Part shown: positions 9,208 to 19,007 of the stretch, piece after piece
Position numbering within the stretch: the first letter of the stretch is position 1
Layout of the letters: each line of letters starts with the position of its first letter
IMG/VR virus record: IMGVR_UViG_3300012980_000004
Location: 1-64,000 of that record
Length of the DNA: 64,000 nucleotides
Origin: a virus
Strand: one strand, 5' to 3'
Made by a program: the position numbers and the translations under genes
The notes under the pieces: generated by a model
Told to the model about the DNA's origin: nothing
Database searches by the model: none
Seen by the model: only the letters and a program-made list of their open reading frames with translations

Positions 9208-12200
9208 TCACGAGTAGCTAATTACTAGGCGGGCATTGACGATAATCGCTTCGTCATTTACGCCTCCACCGGAAAGATTAGCCTGGAGCTCGTACTGAGC
9301 TACGTGATCTGTCCTGATATTTCCACTGGCAGTTCCAGCAGGGATGTCTGCTGCGCTGGTGAAGTTTACTGTGGATGTGCTAGTCGTGGAAGCCGTGGTG
9401 TTCGTCACCGTCTGAGCGTCTGTGACGTTCTGGAGTTGAATATTGACTGTTGCGAGCGAAGAAGTCGACTCGTAATCAACGGACAGTCTGAGGTGACGTG
9501 ACAATCCACCGCTCGTGGCTGGATAGTTTGTCAAATCGATGCTTCGCCCGCCCAGTCTGACGAATGTAGTCGAATTGGTAACTACTACATTAGCTATGAT
9601 CGGTAGATCAATTGCGCTGATAGATCCACTTCCACCACCGCCGCCAGAGGGACCTGTTGCTCCTTGAGGTCCTGTTGCTCCAGTTACACCTTGAGGTCCT
9701 GTTGCTCCTTGAGGACCAGTCGTCCCTAGAGGACCGGTTGGTCCGGTGGCTCCAGTTACGCCAGGAGAGCCTTGAACTCCCGCTCCGGTGGGTCCAGTTA
9801 CACCGGTCACGCCTTGGGGACCAGTAGGTCCTGTCGCTCCGGTGACACCGGGAGACCCTTGCGGAGCTCCTGCAGGCCCTGTGACTCCAGTAACACCTTG
9901 AGGGCCTTGAGCGCCCGTAGGACCTTGCGGACCTGTAGCTCCTTGCGGACCTGTAGGACCGGTAGCTCCCGTCGCTCCGTTAACACCAGCCGGACCTATT
10001 GGTCCCGTTGGTCCTGTGACACCAGGAGACCCTTGAGGAGCTCCCGCGGGTCCAGTAACGCCCGTAACGCCTTGAGGACCTTGAGCTCCTGTCGGTCCTA
10101 TAGGGCCAGTCGGACCGGTCGTTCCGATAGGTCCGGTAGGTCCAGTGGCACCTGTGAGCCCTGTGACACCAGGAGACCCTTGGATACCTTGTGGACCGAT
10201 AGGTCCAGTAGGCCCAGTGGCTCCTGTGACGCCAGGAGACCCTTGGCCTCCTTGAGGTCCTGTGGCGCCCGTAAGTCCAGTTACGCCAGGAGATCCTTGA
10301 GCTCCTTGAGGTCCGGTGGCTCCGGTAAGCCCTGTTACACCTGGAGATCCTTGGGGCCCGATTGTACCCGTCGGACCCTGAGATCCTGTGGGCCCGATTG
10401 CTCCTTGAGGTCCTGTTGCTCCTTGAGGTCCAGTATTACCTCGAGGTCCCGTAGGCCCTGTTGCTCCTTGAGTTCCTGTGAAGCCCTGATCTAGGATGAG
10501 CCTTCGAAAGTGACCAATCGGAATATTCTGAGCGGCATAAGTATGAGAAACATCCGTTGGGGTTGTATGGACTCCAAGCCAGTGAATTCGCTTGGAGTCG
10601 TCCATGAACACAGCCGCAGGACCAGTCGAAAGTCCTATATCGACGTCTGCTACTGTTTCACCCGTTTCCGGATGAATTGCGAAGATGAATGTGTTCCCAA
10701 CGAGGGTCTTGCGGGATTGCCACCAGATCAACGATCCATCGAAGATCAGCCTGGAAAGGTCGGCGTCAGAATTTATTGTAACATCCAGCGTAACTGGAAG
10801 ATCTAATTGATATGTGAATTGGTTGAATCTGACGATTCTTGCTGGCCCAGATCCGTTCCTTGACAGAGCCCATAAGTGGATCCCGTCAAATATCATGTCG
10901 GTAATGCGCTCAGCGCTACCTAATAGATTCGACGGGACTACGGCCGTAAGAACTAGTGTAACAGCTGGTGTATTGAAATCTACTTGGTACTTTTGCAGTA
11001 AATACTGCAACGATGGAGTAGAAGTGAGTGTGAGAGTCCAGATGAATCCTTGATCATCTAGACACGCAGCGAAAATCGCGTCACCTGTTGACGTAACTTG
11101 AGTTACGACACCAGTAGGACTGACTAGATAAAGATCGGCACCATTTCCGATAGCTGGGGTTGTTCCTGCAGCTGACGACCCATTAAGTATTGCAAACCAG
11201 GGCGGTCCGGAGGGAGCCGTGTTTTGCGGACCACCCAAACACATCGCGCGCATACGGAAGCTCTGGACTGTAAACCCAGGTGTAGCCGTGCGATATACTT
11301 GATTATAGGTTGTACCCGATCCCGATCCAGTGAAGTAACCTAGCTCGCAATGGAGTCCGTTGTTTGTAAATATGAAATCGGCTGTTCCATTGTATGGAGC
11401 TGAAAATACTCGGGTTCGAACACCGAGTACATCCTGCATTCCGAAAGTGCCGTCCAGAGTATATGCATGCAGGAAAGTAGCGGTAAGAGATGTGTTTGTT
11501 CTAAGGTCAATTCCCCATAGCTCGATTTGAGCATTGCCGCTATTATATCCAGTGACGAACAAATTATCGCCAATGATAGTTCCGCCTCGAGCGAGACCAC
11601 CATCGGTGAATTGGAATGCTGGAAGCCCCGCCGCAGAGAGAAGGCCGAGGTCGCCGTTCTCTATTTTACGAAGCCAATTGGAACCAAAATTATTAACTGT
11701 AGTACGTGCGGCGATTCCGTTGTCTGCAGGCAGACCTCCTGTAGCTCCACTTATTCCGCCGCCTCCACCACCGCCAGCAGGTCCAGTGGGACCTTGAGGT
11801 CCAGTGGGACCTTGTGGGCCTGCAATACCACCAGGCGAAACACCGGTACCTGCTGGGACTGAACCGCCTACTTGGTTACCCGTATAAGGTAAATTTCTAC
11901 CCACGATCTGAGACGTAGATAGATTTATCGAGAAAACTGAATAGTAACCAACACCAGAAATATATAGGACTTGACCTACTACAATCCAGCTATTGTTTGC
12001 AAGCGTTATTGTTACAAGTGAGTTTAACGCAGGTGGAGTAAAGTTGGCTGTAGTTGTTGTATATGCATTAACACCAGCAGGTCCACTTGCTCCAGTGGGT
12101 CCAGTGGGTCCAGCTGCTCCAGTTGGACCCACTGCTCCTGTAGCTCCAGCAGGTCCCGTTGCACCAGTTATTCCCGCAGCACCAGCTGGACCGGTTACAC

Positions 12201-13854
12201 CGGTTACACCTTGAGGCCCTGTAGCTCCAGCTGGGCCTTGAGGTCCAATAGCTCCTGTTGGTCCAGTTATTCCTGTGATCCCAGGACTACCTTGTGGTCC
12301 TTGTGGTCCTTGCGGTCCAGTCGCACCCGTTATGCCAGCAGGTCCAGTCGCTCCAGTCGCACCAACAGGACCTGTAGGTCCAGTCGCACCCGTGACACCA
12401 TCGGCGCCAGTTGCACCTTGAGGTCCTGTCGACCCGGTTACGCCTGCGGCACCAGTTACACCGGCAGCACCTTGCGGACCAGTCGATCCAATCGGACCAG
12501 TTGCCCCCGCAGCACCAGTTGGGCCAGCCGCTCCAGCAGGTCCAGTTGAACCGGTTACGCCTGCGGCACCAGTTACACCAGCAGCGCCTTGCGGACCAGT
12601 CGATCCAATTGGGCCAGTTACTCCTGGAGATCCTTGTGGTCCAGCAACTCCTGTAAGACCTGTTACACCAGGTGATCCCTGAGGGCCTTGAGGCCCTGTA
12701 GCTCCTTGAGGCCCTGTAGGCCCTGTAGCTCCCGTGATTCCAGCTGCTCCAGGAGATCCCTGTGCTCCTTGAGGTCCGGTTGCTCCCGTGATTCCTGTTA
12801 CACCTGGACCACCTTGTGGTCCTGTAGCTCCGGTGACTCCTGTTACTCCAGGAGAGCCTTGAGGTCCTTGCGGACCTGTAGCACCTGTAAGGCCTGTGAC
12901 TCCGGGGGATCCTTGACTTCCCTGCGGCCCAGTAGATCCAGTCAGACCAGTGATACCGGGAGACCCTTGCGCACCTTGCGGACCAATGGATCCAGTAACG
13001 CCTGGAGATCCTTGTGGTCCTGTAGCGCCCGTAAGACCTGTGATTCCAGGAGATCCTTGGGCACCTTGAGCACCTTGAGCACCTTGAGCACCTTGAGGTC
13101 CTGTTGCACCTGTAAGACCTGTCGGTCCCGCTGGTCCTTGTGGTCCTGTTGCACCTGTAAACCCTGTGATTCCAGGAGATCCTTGTTGGCCTTGGGCTCC
13201 AGTTGGACCTATTCCACCTGCAGGGCCTGTCGGACCAAGAGGCCCTGTAGCTCCAGTAGGACCAGGGGATCCTTGAGGCCCAGTTTTACCTTGAGGCCCA
13301 GTTGGTCCTGTTACTCCAGTTGGTCCTGGGAGACCAGTTGCACCTTGAGGTCCTGCAGGACCTGTCGGACCGGTTACTCCTGTGAATCCGGTGAGGCTTG
13401 CAATATCTTCAAGGAGATATAGCCAAGCATCAAGCTCTGTTGTGGCTCCTCGAGCTCCAGTTTCAGCACCCTCAGTATAGGCCGGGTGACGACGTGGAAG
13501 TTGGTGACTGTTGGTCGGGATGAGAGGGTCGCCAGGATTTCTGGCATAGAACCACAGCTCAGCGATTTTATTGAGCCCGACTCCGTTATCCGCAATGAAT
13601 CGGACTTTGTAAGTCCCCTTCATTGTTGGCGTAATGGTAACGGTTGGATTGGTAGTCGGAGGGTTGAGAACGTCTGTCGAGACTACTAGGTTCGGGTCGA
13701 CAGGAACGCTGATGAGTTGCCATGAATATGTGCCGTACGCGCTTGTCAACGAGAAAGTGACAAGCGAGCCCGTCAAAATATTTAGGTTGGGAACTCCTGA
13801 AGTGACGGAGAGTCCCTGAGTAATGACGATAGTCGGGCCCGGCATTCTGCCCAA
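9208..13854 (-). CDS. Collagen-like repeat fibre protein (1548 aa)
   Basis: Two long Gly-X-Y tracts (e.g. [19 protein letters not shown]) flank a ~470-aa non-collagen central domain. It also has globular N- and C-terminal domains. Long frame-shifted antisense ORFs in the track are repeat artefacts. Confidence 0.9.
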   Translation of the reverse strand: MGRMPGPTIVITQGLSVTSGVPNLNILTGSLVTFSLTSAYGTYSWQLISVPVDPNLVVSTDVLNPPTTNPTVTITPTMKGTYKVRFIADNGVGLNKIAELWFYARNPGDPLIPTNSHQLPRRHPAYTEGAETGARGATTELDAWLYLLEDIASLTGFTGVTGPTGPAGPQGATGLPGPTGVTGPTGPQGKTGPQGSPGPTGATGPLGPTGPAGGIGPTGAQGQQGSPGITGFTGATGPQGPAGPTGLTGATGPQGAQGAQGAQGAQGSPGITGLTGATGPQGSPGVTGSIGPQGAQGSPGITGLTGSTGPQGSQGSPGVTGLTGATGPQGPQGSPGVTGVTGATGPQGGPGVTGITGATGPQGAQGSPGAAGITGATGPTGPQGATGPQGPQGSPGVTGLTGVAGPQGSPGVTGPIGSTGPQGAAGVTGAAGVTGSTGPAGAAGPTGAAGATGPIGSTGPQGAAGVTGAAGVTGSTGPQGATGADGVTGATGPTGPVGATGATGPAGITGATGPQGPQGPQGSPGITGITGPTGAIGPQGPAGATGPQGVTGVTGPAGAAGITGATGPAGATGAVGPTGAAGPTGPTGASGPAGVNAYTTTTANFTPPALNSLVTITLANNSWIVVGQVLYISGVGYYSVFSINLSTSQIVGRNLPYTGNQVGGSVPAGTGVSPGGIAGPQGPTGPQGPTGPAGGGGGGGISGATGGLPADNGIAARTTVNNFGSNWLRKIENGDLGLLSAAGLPAFQFTDGGLARGGTIIGDNLFVTGYNSGNAQIELWGIDLRTNTSLTATFLHAYTLDGTFGMQDVLGVRTRVFSAPYNGTADFIFTNNGLHCELGYFTGSGSGTTYNQVYRTATPGFTVQSFRMRAMCLGGPQNTAPSGPPWFAILNGSSAAGTTPAIGNGADLYLVSPTGVVTQVTSTGDAIFAACLDDQGFIWTLTLTSTPSLQYLLQKYQVDFNTPAVTLVLTAVVPSNLLGSAERITDMIFDGIHLWALSRNGSGPARIVRFNQFTYQLDLPVTLDVTINSDADLSRLIFDGSLIWWQSRKTLVGNTFIFAIHPETGETVADVDIGLSTGPAAVFMDDSKRIHWLGVHTTPTDVSHTYAAQNIPIGHFRRLILDQGFTGTQGATGPTGPRGNTGPQGATGPQGAIGPTGSQGPTGTIGPQGSPGVTGLTGATGPQGAQGSPGVTGLTGATGPQGGQGSPGVTGATGPTGPIGPQGIQGSPGVTGLTGATGPTGPIGTTGPTGPIGPTGAQGPQGVTGVTGPAGAPQGSPGVTGPTGPIGPAGVNGATGATGPTGPQGATGPQGPTGAQGPQGVTGVTGPAGAPQGSPGVTGATGPTGPQGVTGVTGPTGAGVQGSPGVTGATGPTGPLGTTGPQGATGPQGVTGATGPQGATGPSGGGGGSGSISAIDLPIIANVVVTNSTTFVRLGGRSIDLTNYPATSGGLSRHLRLSVDYESTSSLATVNIQLQNVTDAQTVTNTTASTTSTSTVNFTSAADIPAGTASGNIRTDHVAQYELQANLSGGGVNDEAIIVNARLVISYS
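9640..10490 (-). repeat. Gly-X-Y triplet repeat tract (C-terminal collagen-like region)
   Basis: Continuous GGN NNN NNN periodicity on the coding (minus) strand. Approximate bounds. Confidence 0.8.
12075..13390 (-). repeat. Gly-X-Y triplet repeat tract (N-terminal collagen-like region)
   Basis: About 430 aa of GxT/GPxG triplets with near-identical reiterated blocks. Approximate bounds. Confidence 0.8.
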
Positions 13855-13912
13855 GGTGGCCGATAGGGACCTTAGAGCGTAGTCAATTCCTTATCCTTGA
13901 AATAGATGGAAA

Positions 13913-14158
13913 ATGACCAGCAAAGCTCCGGACCCTGATCTCGTTTCCACGATCATAGTCATGGAACATATTCTGGCTACTTCTCGAAAGAGTCAAAAGA
14001 AGACAGAGAAAAAGCTGGAAGAACTTGCTTTAAAGCACGGAATTCTCAGGCAGGCTGGAGAAAGCCCCGAGGATTTGATCGCTAGAATGCGCGATATTTC
14101 GCGGAATGGATTTCCTGATGAGGAAATACCAACGAAGAAAGAAAAACGCCCGCTGTAA
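13913..14158 (+). CDS. Hypothetical protein (81 aa)
   Basis: ORF track. Divergent from the fibre gene. No motif recognised. Confidence 0.5.
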   Translation: MTSKAPDPDLVSTIIVMEHILATSRKSQKKTEKKLEELALKHGILRQAGESPEDLIARMRDISRNGFPDEEIPTKKEKRPL

Positions 14159-14166
14159 CATTCTCT

Positions 14167-14694
14167 ATGAATACTGGCGGACCATATAGAACTCCAGGAT
14201 CTATGATGGTTTCTGGCGTAACAGGACCTACAGGCTCAATAGGGAAAACAGGAGGCCCGATTGGAGTATCGGGAATGACCGGACCTCAAGGGCCGACACA
14301 GTCCTGGGAAGCTATAGGATCTATTGAGGTCCCAGCATTCCTTGGGTTCAGAGTAGTTTATTTGAAGTCGGGTAACTCTTACGATTTATCTTTGGTGTTC
14401 ATGTCAGGCCAACACTATTTTATTTGTTCCTATTTGGATAATGAATTTGTTTTTAAAGAGAAAGGTCTCTCTACCGCAATGACGGAAGAGCAGATGCTCT
14501 GCTTTCATACTTGTTTAGCGTATTGCGATTTGATAGCAATGGGATTGGGTACCAACGGGAAGCGTTCGGGGAACAACAATCCATTCCATGTTACGGCTTC
14601 CATCTATCCAAAAGTTAAAGATGATCCGATTTGGGCGGAGATTCTTGTCGAAGCTCGGAAAGCCTTCCAAGTGGCTCAAGTCATGATGACTTGA
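14167..14694 (+). CDS. Short collagen-like N-terminus plus globular domain
   Basis: GVTGPTGSIGKTGGPIGVSGMTGPQGP near the N-terminus. The C-terminus ...DDPIWAEILVEARKAFQVAQVMMT resembles the C-terminus of 54172..54867. Confidence 0.65.
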   Translation: MNTGGPYRTPGSMMVSGVTGPTGSIGKTGGPIGVSGMTGPQGPTQSWEAIGSIEVPAFLGFRVVYLKSGNSYDLSLVFMSGQHYFICSYLDNEFVFKEKGLSTAMTEEQMLCFHTCLAYCDLIAMGLGTNGKRSGNNNPFHVTASIYPKVKDDPIWAEILVEARKAFQVAQVMMT

Positions 14695-14777
14695 CCGAGT
14701 GACTTCTTTACTGTAAACTTTGTACATGCTCCTCAATCACCCCACCGCTTACAGGAGGTCAAAATTATGACTCAGCG

Positions 14778-15182
14778 GTGAGGTGCTATTTTGAGTTCGA
14801 GAAACCGGGCCTTACGAAAAGGCTTGCGCGATATTATCGTGAAATTCTGAGTGGGCGTGCAGACCCTGATGCTTGGTGGCTTCGAGGTCATTATCCACCA
14901 CATTATCTAAACGCCATGTGCGCTTATTCTTTCGCCAAAAGATGGCAGAGCCGTGATATTGATCTCATGGCTCTCCAAAGAATCGTAATTTCTGGACATA
15001 ATCCAGAAATGGCTTACCTCTGGGCTCGAGACATACCAGGAGCTAGTATTAAACGGCTCCAACAGGTAGTTCTGGAACATGGAAACCTGGCACAACTCCG
15101 GAAATTCGCTCGAGATATTCCAGGAGCGAATGCTCCTTTACTCGAGAAGCTCGCTCTGGTTCAAGAAGTAATGGCACTGTAG
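14778..15182 (+). CDS. Hypothetical protein with ARDIPGA repeat
   Basis: GTG start. Duplicated WARDIPGASIKRLQQV / FARDIPGANAPLLEKL. Confidence 0.5.
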   Translation: MRCYFEFEKPGLTKRLARYYREILSGRADPDAWWLRGHYPPHYLNAMCAYSFAKRWQSRDIDLMALQRIVISGHNPEMAYLWARDIPGASIKRLQQVVLEHGNLAQLRKFARDIPGANAPLLEKLALVQEVMAL

Positions 15183-15205
15183 AAGTTTTATGACACCGTT
15201 CCAAT

Positions 15206-16006
15206 GTGAAACATTGGACTATTTACTGTCACACACATATTGAGACCAACCGTCGTTACGTTGGTCTTACTTCGCAGACTATGATGCAGCGATGGAAGAC
15301 TCACGTTTCTAAAGCCAAAGCTTCCAAAGGCGGAAGATGGCATTTTCCTAATGCGATCCGTAAGTATGGATCTCAAGCTTTTTCCCACAAAGTGCTTGAA
15401 ATCTGTACTTCACTTGAAGAAGCGAATGAAGCAGAGGATGCTTGGATCAATTCCTTTAGTACAAGATTTCCGGAGTTCGGATTCAACTTAGCTAAAGGCG
15501 GCGAACACAAACCTCATGGAATCAGACAAAATCCGTGGAATAATCCGGAATTTCGAGCTAAACAATTGTCTCGGCCTGTACCATTTAATAATCCTCAAGC
15601 TCGAGCTGCCAATAAAGCGGCTTTGAATACGCCCGAATCTAAAGCAAAAAGATCTATCTCATCTAAAGAAGTGACTTCTAGACCCGAGGTTCTCGCTAAA
15701 ATATCTGCTGCAGCTAAAGGCAGAATCATGAGCTCTGAAACTCGTACCAAAATATCCATTAACAACAAGGCAAGAAGTCGTGATTTAATAGATCAAATAA
15801 ACGCCACCAAACAAAAGAAATATGAAAGAAAATTAAGCAAACTAACTCATAAGATTTGTAAGAATCATGGTAAAATTCCTCTATCCAAATGCTATCAGAG
15901 GAAAGTCGGGAAAATTCAAATTCGTTTCGATTGCAAAAAATGCGTGAAGGACCGAAAGATTAAACGTCGGTTTGCTAGTTTGACTTCACAAACTATTGCA
16001 CTGTAA
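15206..16006 (+). CDS. GIY-YIG homing endonuclease-like protein with NUMOD3-like repeats
   Basis: N-terminal WTIYCHTHIETNRRYVGLT...RWKTH...NAIRKYG...EEANEAEDAWI...GFNLAKGG, followed by reiterated basic (S/T)xExKAK-type DNA-binding repeats. Confidence 0.8.
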   Translation: MKHWTIYCHTHIETNRRYVGLTSQTMMQRWKTHVSKAKASKGGRWHFPNAIRKYGSQAFSHKVLEICTSLEEANEAEDAWINSFSTRFPEFGFNLAKGGEHKPHGIRQNPWNNPEFRAKQLSRPVPFNNPQARAANKAALNTPESKAKRSISSKEVTSRPEVLAKISAAAKGRIMSSETRTKISINNKARSRDLIDQINATKQKKYERKLSKLTHKICKNHGKIPLSKCYQRKVGKIQIRFDCKKCVKDRKIKRRFASLTSQTIAL

Positions 16007-16058
16007 ATTCAGCATTGGTCGCTGTAGATTGGGATTCCATTTTCAATCGAGGTCATTT

Positions 16059-16922
16059 ATGTGCTGCACTCTCCATCCTGCTAAACTCTCTGGAACCATC
16101 CTTTATGCCGGTGAAGCCGATCGGAAGGGGAAGCTTGTCCATGTCACTGGCTATTTGAATCATGCTCGAAATATGATCGATGGGCCTAACGCCATGATTC
16201 TCCCGTTTCCTGCATATCAAGAGATGACAGAAGCCAATTGCATGGACGCCACTGGGACTCGTTGGATTTTCAAGAACATGGTTGATGCGATTCAACCAGT
16301 CACGAAGAGCCTTTCGAGGGGTTTGCTCCTAGGGTCTTCGAGAGCTGTGAAAGTGTTTGATTCTGGAGTCTACACAGTCGTGTTGGCGCAAGATGCACGT
16401 TCTATTCCGGCTGCTTTGGATCGAGTTCCGGAAGAGAAACGCCCAGAGATCAACGAAGAGATTTTTGACGCGTACGCTCGTTGGTACCCGAATCACCACA
16501 TCGCGCTCTGTTGTTTTGCTTCGCGAAAGGACGTGGAGTCAGAGCCCCTTCTATGGTGGTATGACCCGATTCATCCTCAAGACATGTTCGCTCCTGCTCT
16601 CGATGCGCACGACGGTCATGCTCCCGTACTCGGTGGTCAAGTCAGTACAGATCACACTGTTTTGTTCGGGTCCACGATCGCTCCTCGAGGAGCCAAGATT
16701 CATCACTACAAGACCGTGCCAGATCATATTAAATGGATGCTTCCCGATCAAGTCGTAGGTCGTACTTTCCGTTCATCTATGCCGAATGGGGACTTTTCTC
16801 TCCCTCTCGAGCGATTCAAGTTTCTCGACAAGAACAGTTTCCATTCATATGTAAAAGTTAGTCGTACTTGGCCTGTAGGAGCTCGACGCGGAGACAGTCA
16901 TTCAGCCGATATCCTGGTCTAA
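16059..16922 (+). CDS. Hypothetical protein (287 aa)
   Basis: ORF track 15996..16922. I prefer ATG 16059, preceded by GAGG 7 nt upstream. No domain recognised. Confidence 0.6.
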   Translation: MCCTLHPAKLSGTILYAGEADRKGKLVHVTGYLNHARNMIDGPNAMILPFPAYQEMTEANCMDATGTRWIFKNMVDAIQPVTKSLSRGLLLGSSRAVKVFDSGVYTVVLAQDARSIPAALDRVPEEKRPEINEEIFDAYARWYPNHHIALCCFASRKDVESEPLLWWYDPIHPQDMFAPALDAHDGHAPVLGGQVSTDHTVLFGSTIAPRGAKIHHYKTVPDHIKWMLPDQVVGRTFRSSMPNGDFSLPLERFKFLDKNSFHSYVKVSRTWPVGARRGDSHSADILV

Positions 16923-16947
16923 TATGATTAATGTATTGTAGGATCAC

Positions 16948-17400
16948 ATGATCTCTGATGATACTAGCCTTCGAGAACTAAATAGAATCCTTTCGCAGCA
17001 TGAAACCACGTTTCATGCTGCGAATTTATACCCTCGAGGATGGACTGTCGAACTCAGAAATCCTCGAAAAGGGATTTTTATAGTTCGCAACATTCCGTCT
17101 CTCCCAGAGGCTTTAAATCAAGCAATTCAGAGTGTTTTAGAAGCATCTGATCGTCCTCAGGCTCCGCGATCAGTTCCATCTAAAACAGAAGAATCCTCAG
17201 TTTCTGGTAAACAACAAGAAACTAAATCTCCTGTTCTCCATATGAAAGTATCAGTAGAAAATGTGCTGCCAACATCCGTTATGCTGAAACATAAGGCACT
17301 TTGTGCTGTTGGTGGTGGAGACTCTATCTCTTATGCTGATGATTCTACACAAGTTACATGTAAACGATGTTTAAGGATGTTGCCCAGCCATTTGCTTTAA
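16948..17400 (+). CDS. Hypothetical protein (150 aa)
   Basis: ORF track. C-terminal CxxC-like ...VTCKRCLRML. Confidence 0.55.
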   Translation: MISDDTSLRELNRILSQHETTFHAANLYPRGWTVELRNPRKGIFIVRNIPSLPEALNQAIQSVLEASDRPQAPRSVPSKTEESSVSGKQQETKSPVLHMKVSVENVLPTSVMLKHKALCAVGGGDSISYADDSTQVTCKRCLRMLPSHLL

Positions 17401-17900
17401 GAGCAGTATCGAACGAGTGGTTTGTCAGGTAGAACTCCTCTACAACGTCCTAAAACAGAGACGCTTGACAATCGGCTTTTTGTGTGCTAGGCTTCTTAGA
17501 GATACCGAGTCCCAACCAGGCACGGAAATCTAGCCCCGTCGAGTGTAAACTCCCCCAAGCAAGGCAATCCAGGTTTATCATGATGTGTTTCGTAGCCAGA
17601 ACAGCCTCCGTCGTCGAGACCGCGAAAGCGGCCACGGCGTTGTGGCATATTCTGGGTACGAGCGCACAAGAACTTGGACTCGCGTATTCAGCTGCCTCCC
17701 TCCGCCAGCCCAAGTTTTCGAATCCGGAGGATACGTAAGGCGACCTTGCTCTGTGATTGATCCGTAGAGGATCCCGAGAAGGTCGCCCAACGAAAGTTCG
17801 GCGGCCTTCAACGTTTTTGGGGTTCAGATTCAGGAAGAAGACAAGTCATGAGAATCGAAAGAGAGAGTTATTGACCCGTAGCGACTCCCAAATTTGCTAC

Positions 17901-17982
17901 GGGGTGTGTTCTGGACAATGGTAGTCCTAGCTGACTGTAAATCAGTGGCCCTTGGCAAGTGGTTCGATCCCACCACGCCCCA
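17901..17982 (+). tRNA. tRNA-Tyr(GTA), class II
   Basis: Acceptor GGGGTGT/ACGCCCC. Anticodon stem GCTGA/TCAGT, loop CTGTAAA. Long variable arm. T-loop TTCGATC. Confidence 0.8.
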
Positions 17983-18051
17983 CAAAGAAAGATGTAGAGG
18001 AAGAGACATGAAACGTAAGAACAAGCCCGGGAAAGCTGGGCCAAAAAGAGA

Positions 18052-18124
18052 GAGAGGTTAGCTCAATTGGTAGAGCTCGATCCTTTTAAGTTCGATGATG
18101 CGGGTTCGACCCCCGTGCCTCTCA
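18052..18124 (+). tRNA. tRNA-Lys(TTT)
   Basis: Acceptor GAGAGGT/GCCTCTC. D-stem GCTC/GAGC. Loop CTTTTAA. T-arm GCGGG-TTCGACC-CCCGT. Confidence 0.85.
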
Positions 18125-18135
18125 CGCAGTAAAAA

Positions 18136-18209
18136 GGGTCCGTAGCTCAGCAGGTAGCAGCAGTGCGCTCTTAACGCAACGGTCGTCGGTTCGATCCCGA
18201 CCGGACCCA
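18136..18209 (+). tRNA. tRNA-Lys(CTT)
   Basis: Acceptor GGGTCCG/CGGACCC. Loop CTCTTAA. T-arm GTCGG-TTCGATC-CCGAC. CCA encoded. Confidence 0.8.
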
Positions 18210-18289
18210 CCAGGCAGGATGGATGCCTGAGAACTGACATGCGTGTGTCTGCACGCAACGGGAGATAAGTATCTTGAAGGTCTAAATAT

Positions 18290-18360
18290 TGGAGAGTCGT
18301 CTAATGGCAGGACAGCAGTTTCTGACGCTGTTTATGAAGGTTCGATTCCTTCCTCTCCAA
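18290..18360 (+). tRNA. tRNA-Gln(CTG)
   Basis: Acceptor TGGAGAG/CTCTCCA (U1-A72). Loop TTCTGAC. T-arm GAAGG-TTCGATT-CCTTC. Confidence 0.85.
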
Positions 18361-18362
18361 CT

Positions 18363-18390
18363 AAACCCGACGTAAGCCGGGTTTGTTCAT
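18363..18390 (+). terminator. Terminator-like hairpin
   Basis: AAACCCG-acgtaagc-CGGGTTT followed by GTTCATT. The U-tract is weak. Confidence 0.35.
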
Positions 18391-18540
18391 TGAAAATTTG
18401 ACAGGACTTTGGAATCCCGACTTGACCCGGATGCAATACTCTGGGAACAAGCCAACGCGGACCGTGATCGACCCATAATTTTAGTTTGGGGCTGCAGCGC
18501 GTGTTGGTCTGGAAGGACCCTCTCCTGAGATCTGTGAGGA

Positions 18541-18600
18541 GGAGCTAGGGTCCGATTTATCTTCGAATTGAAAGGGCCCTAGCTCCTTCGATTTTTCTGT
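18541..18600 (+). terminator. Terminator-like long hairpin
   Basis: GGAGCTAGGG ... CCCTAGCTCC (10 bp) followed by TTCGATTTTTCTG. Confidence 0.4.
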
Positions 18601-18704
18601 AGAACATTCAAAAGACTTAGCCCTGTGGGGCTGGATGGACTCTGAGGATATTGACATTTTGGGTCGAAAAAGTAGATGAGTCTAAGGAGCCTCGAGCTCC
18701 ACAT

Positions 18705-18777
18705 GGGGTCATAGCTCAGACGGGAGAGCGCCTGCCTTGCAAGCAGGAGGTCGCGAGTTCGATTCTCGCTGATTCCA
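18705..18777 (+). tRNA. tRNA-Ala(TGC)
   Basis: Acceptor GGGGTCA/TGATTCC with G3-U70. Loop CTTGCAA. T-arm GCGAG-TTCGATT-CTCGC. CCA encoded. Confidence 0.9.
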
Positions 18778-18794
18778 CCAAGAATAAGGTTAGG

Positions 18795-18818
18795 AGTGGT
18801 TCGATTCCACTAGGCTAG
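18795..18818 (+). other. Orphan tRNA T-arm plus 3' acceptor strand (tRNA remnant?)
   Basis: AGTGG-TTCGATT-CCACT followed by AGGCTAG. No matching 5' acceptor, D-arm or anticodon arm upstream. Confidence 0.4.
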
Positions 18819-18877
18819 CAATAGTCGCTCTGGTGGGGACAATTTTATTCTGATCAGATGATTTATTTCATCTGCAT

Positions 18878-18949
18878 CTCTCCGTAGCCTAGAGGATCAG
18901 GTCCTGGTCTACGAAACCAGTTACGCAGGTTCGATTCCTGCCGGAGAGA
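18878..18949 (+). tRNA. tRNA-Arg(ACG)
   Basis: Acceptor CTCTCCG/CGGAGAG. Anticodon stem CTGGT/ACCAG, loop CTACGAA. T-arm GCAGG-TTCGATT-CCTGC. CCA encoded. Confidence 0.85.
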
Positions 18950-19007
18950 CCATGACATTCACCTGTCCAAGGTGAAGCAGTCAGATCAGATTCGAAAGAA
19001 TCTGTAT

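Noticed and set aside
9304-13819. Many 60-244-aa ORFs on both strands inside the collagen-like gene
   Set aside because: They are frame-shifted or antisense readings of Gly-X-Y repeats, giving low-complexity Ser/Arg/Cys/Leu-rich products.
17440-17880. tmRNA, because of a TTCGAAT motif and structure near a tRNA array (also considered for 40039-40303)
   Set aside because: There is no acceptor stem with G3-U70, no paired T-stem around the TTCGAAT at 17.7 kb, and no tag-like reading frame ending in ...ALAA. The 40039 element has C3-G70.
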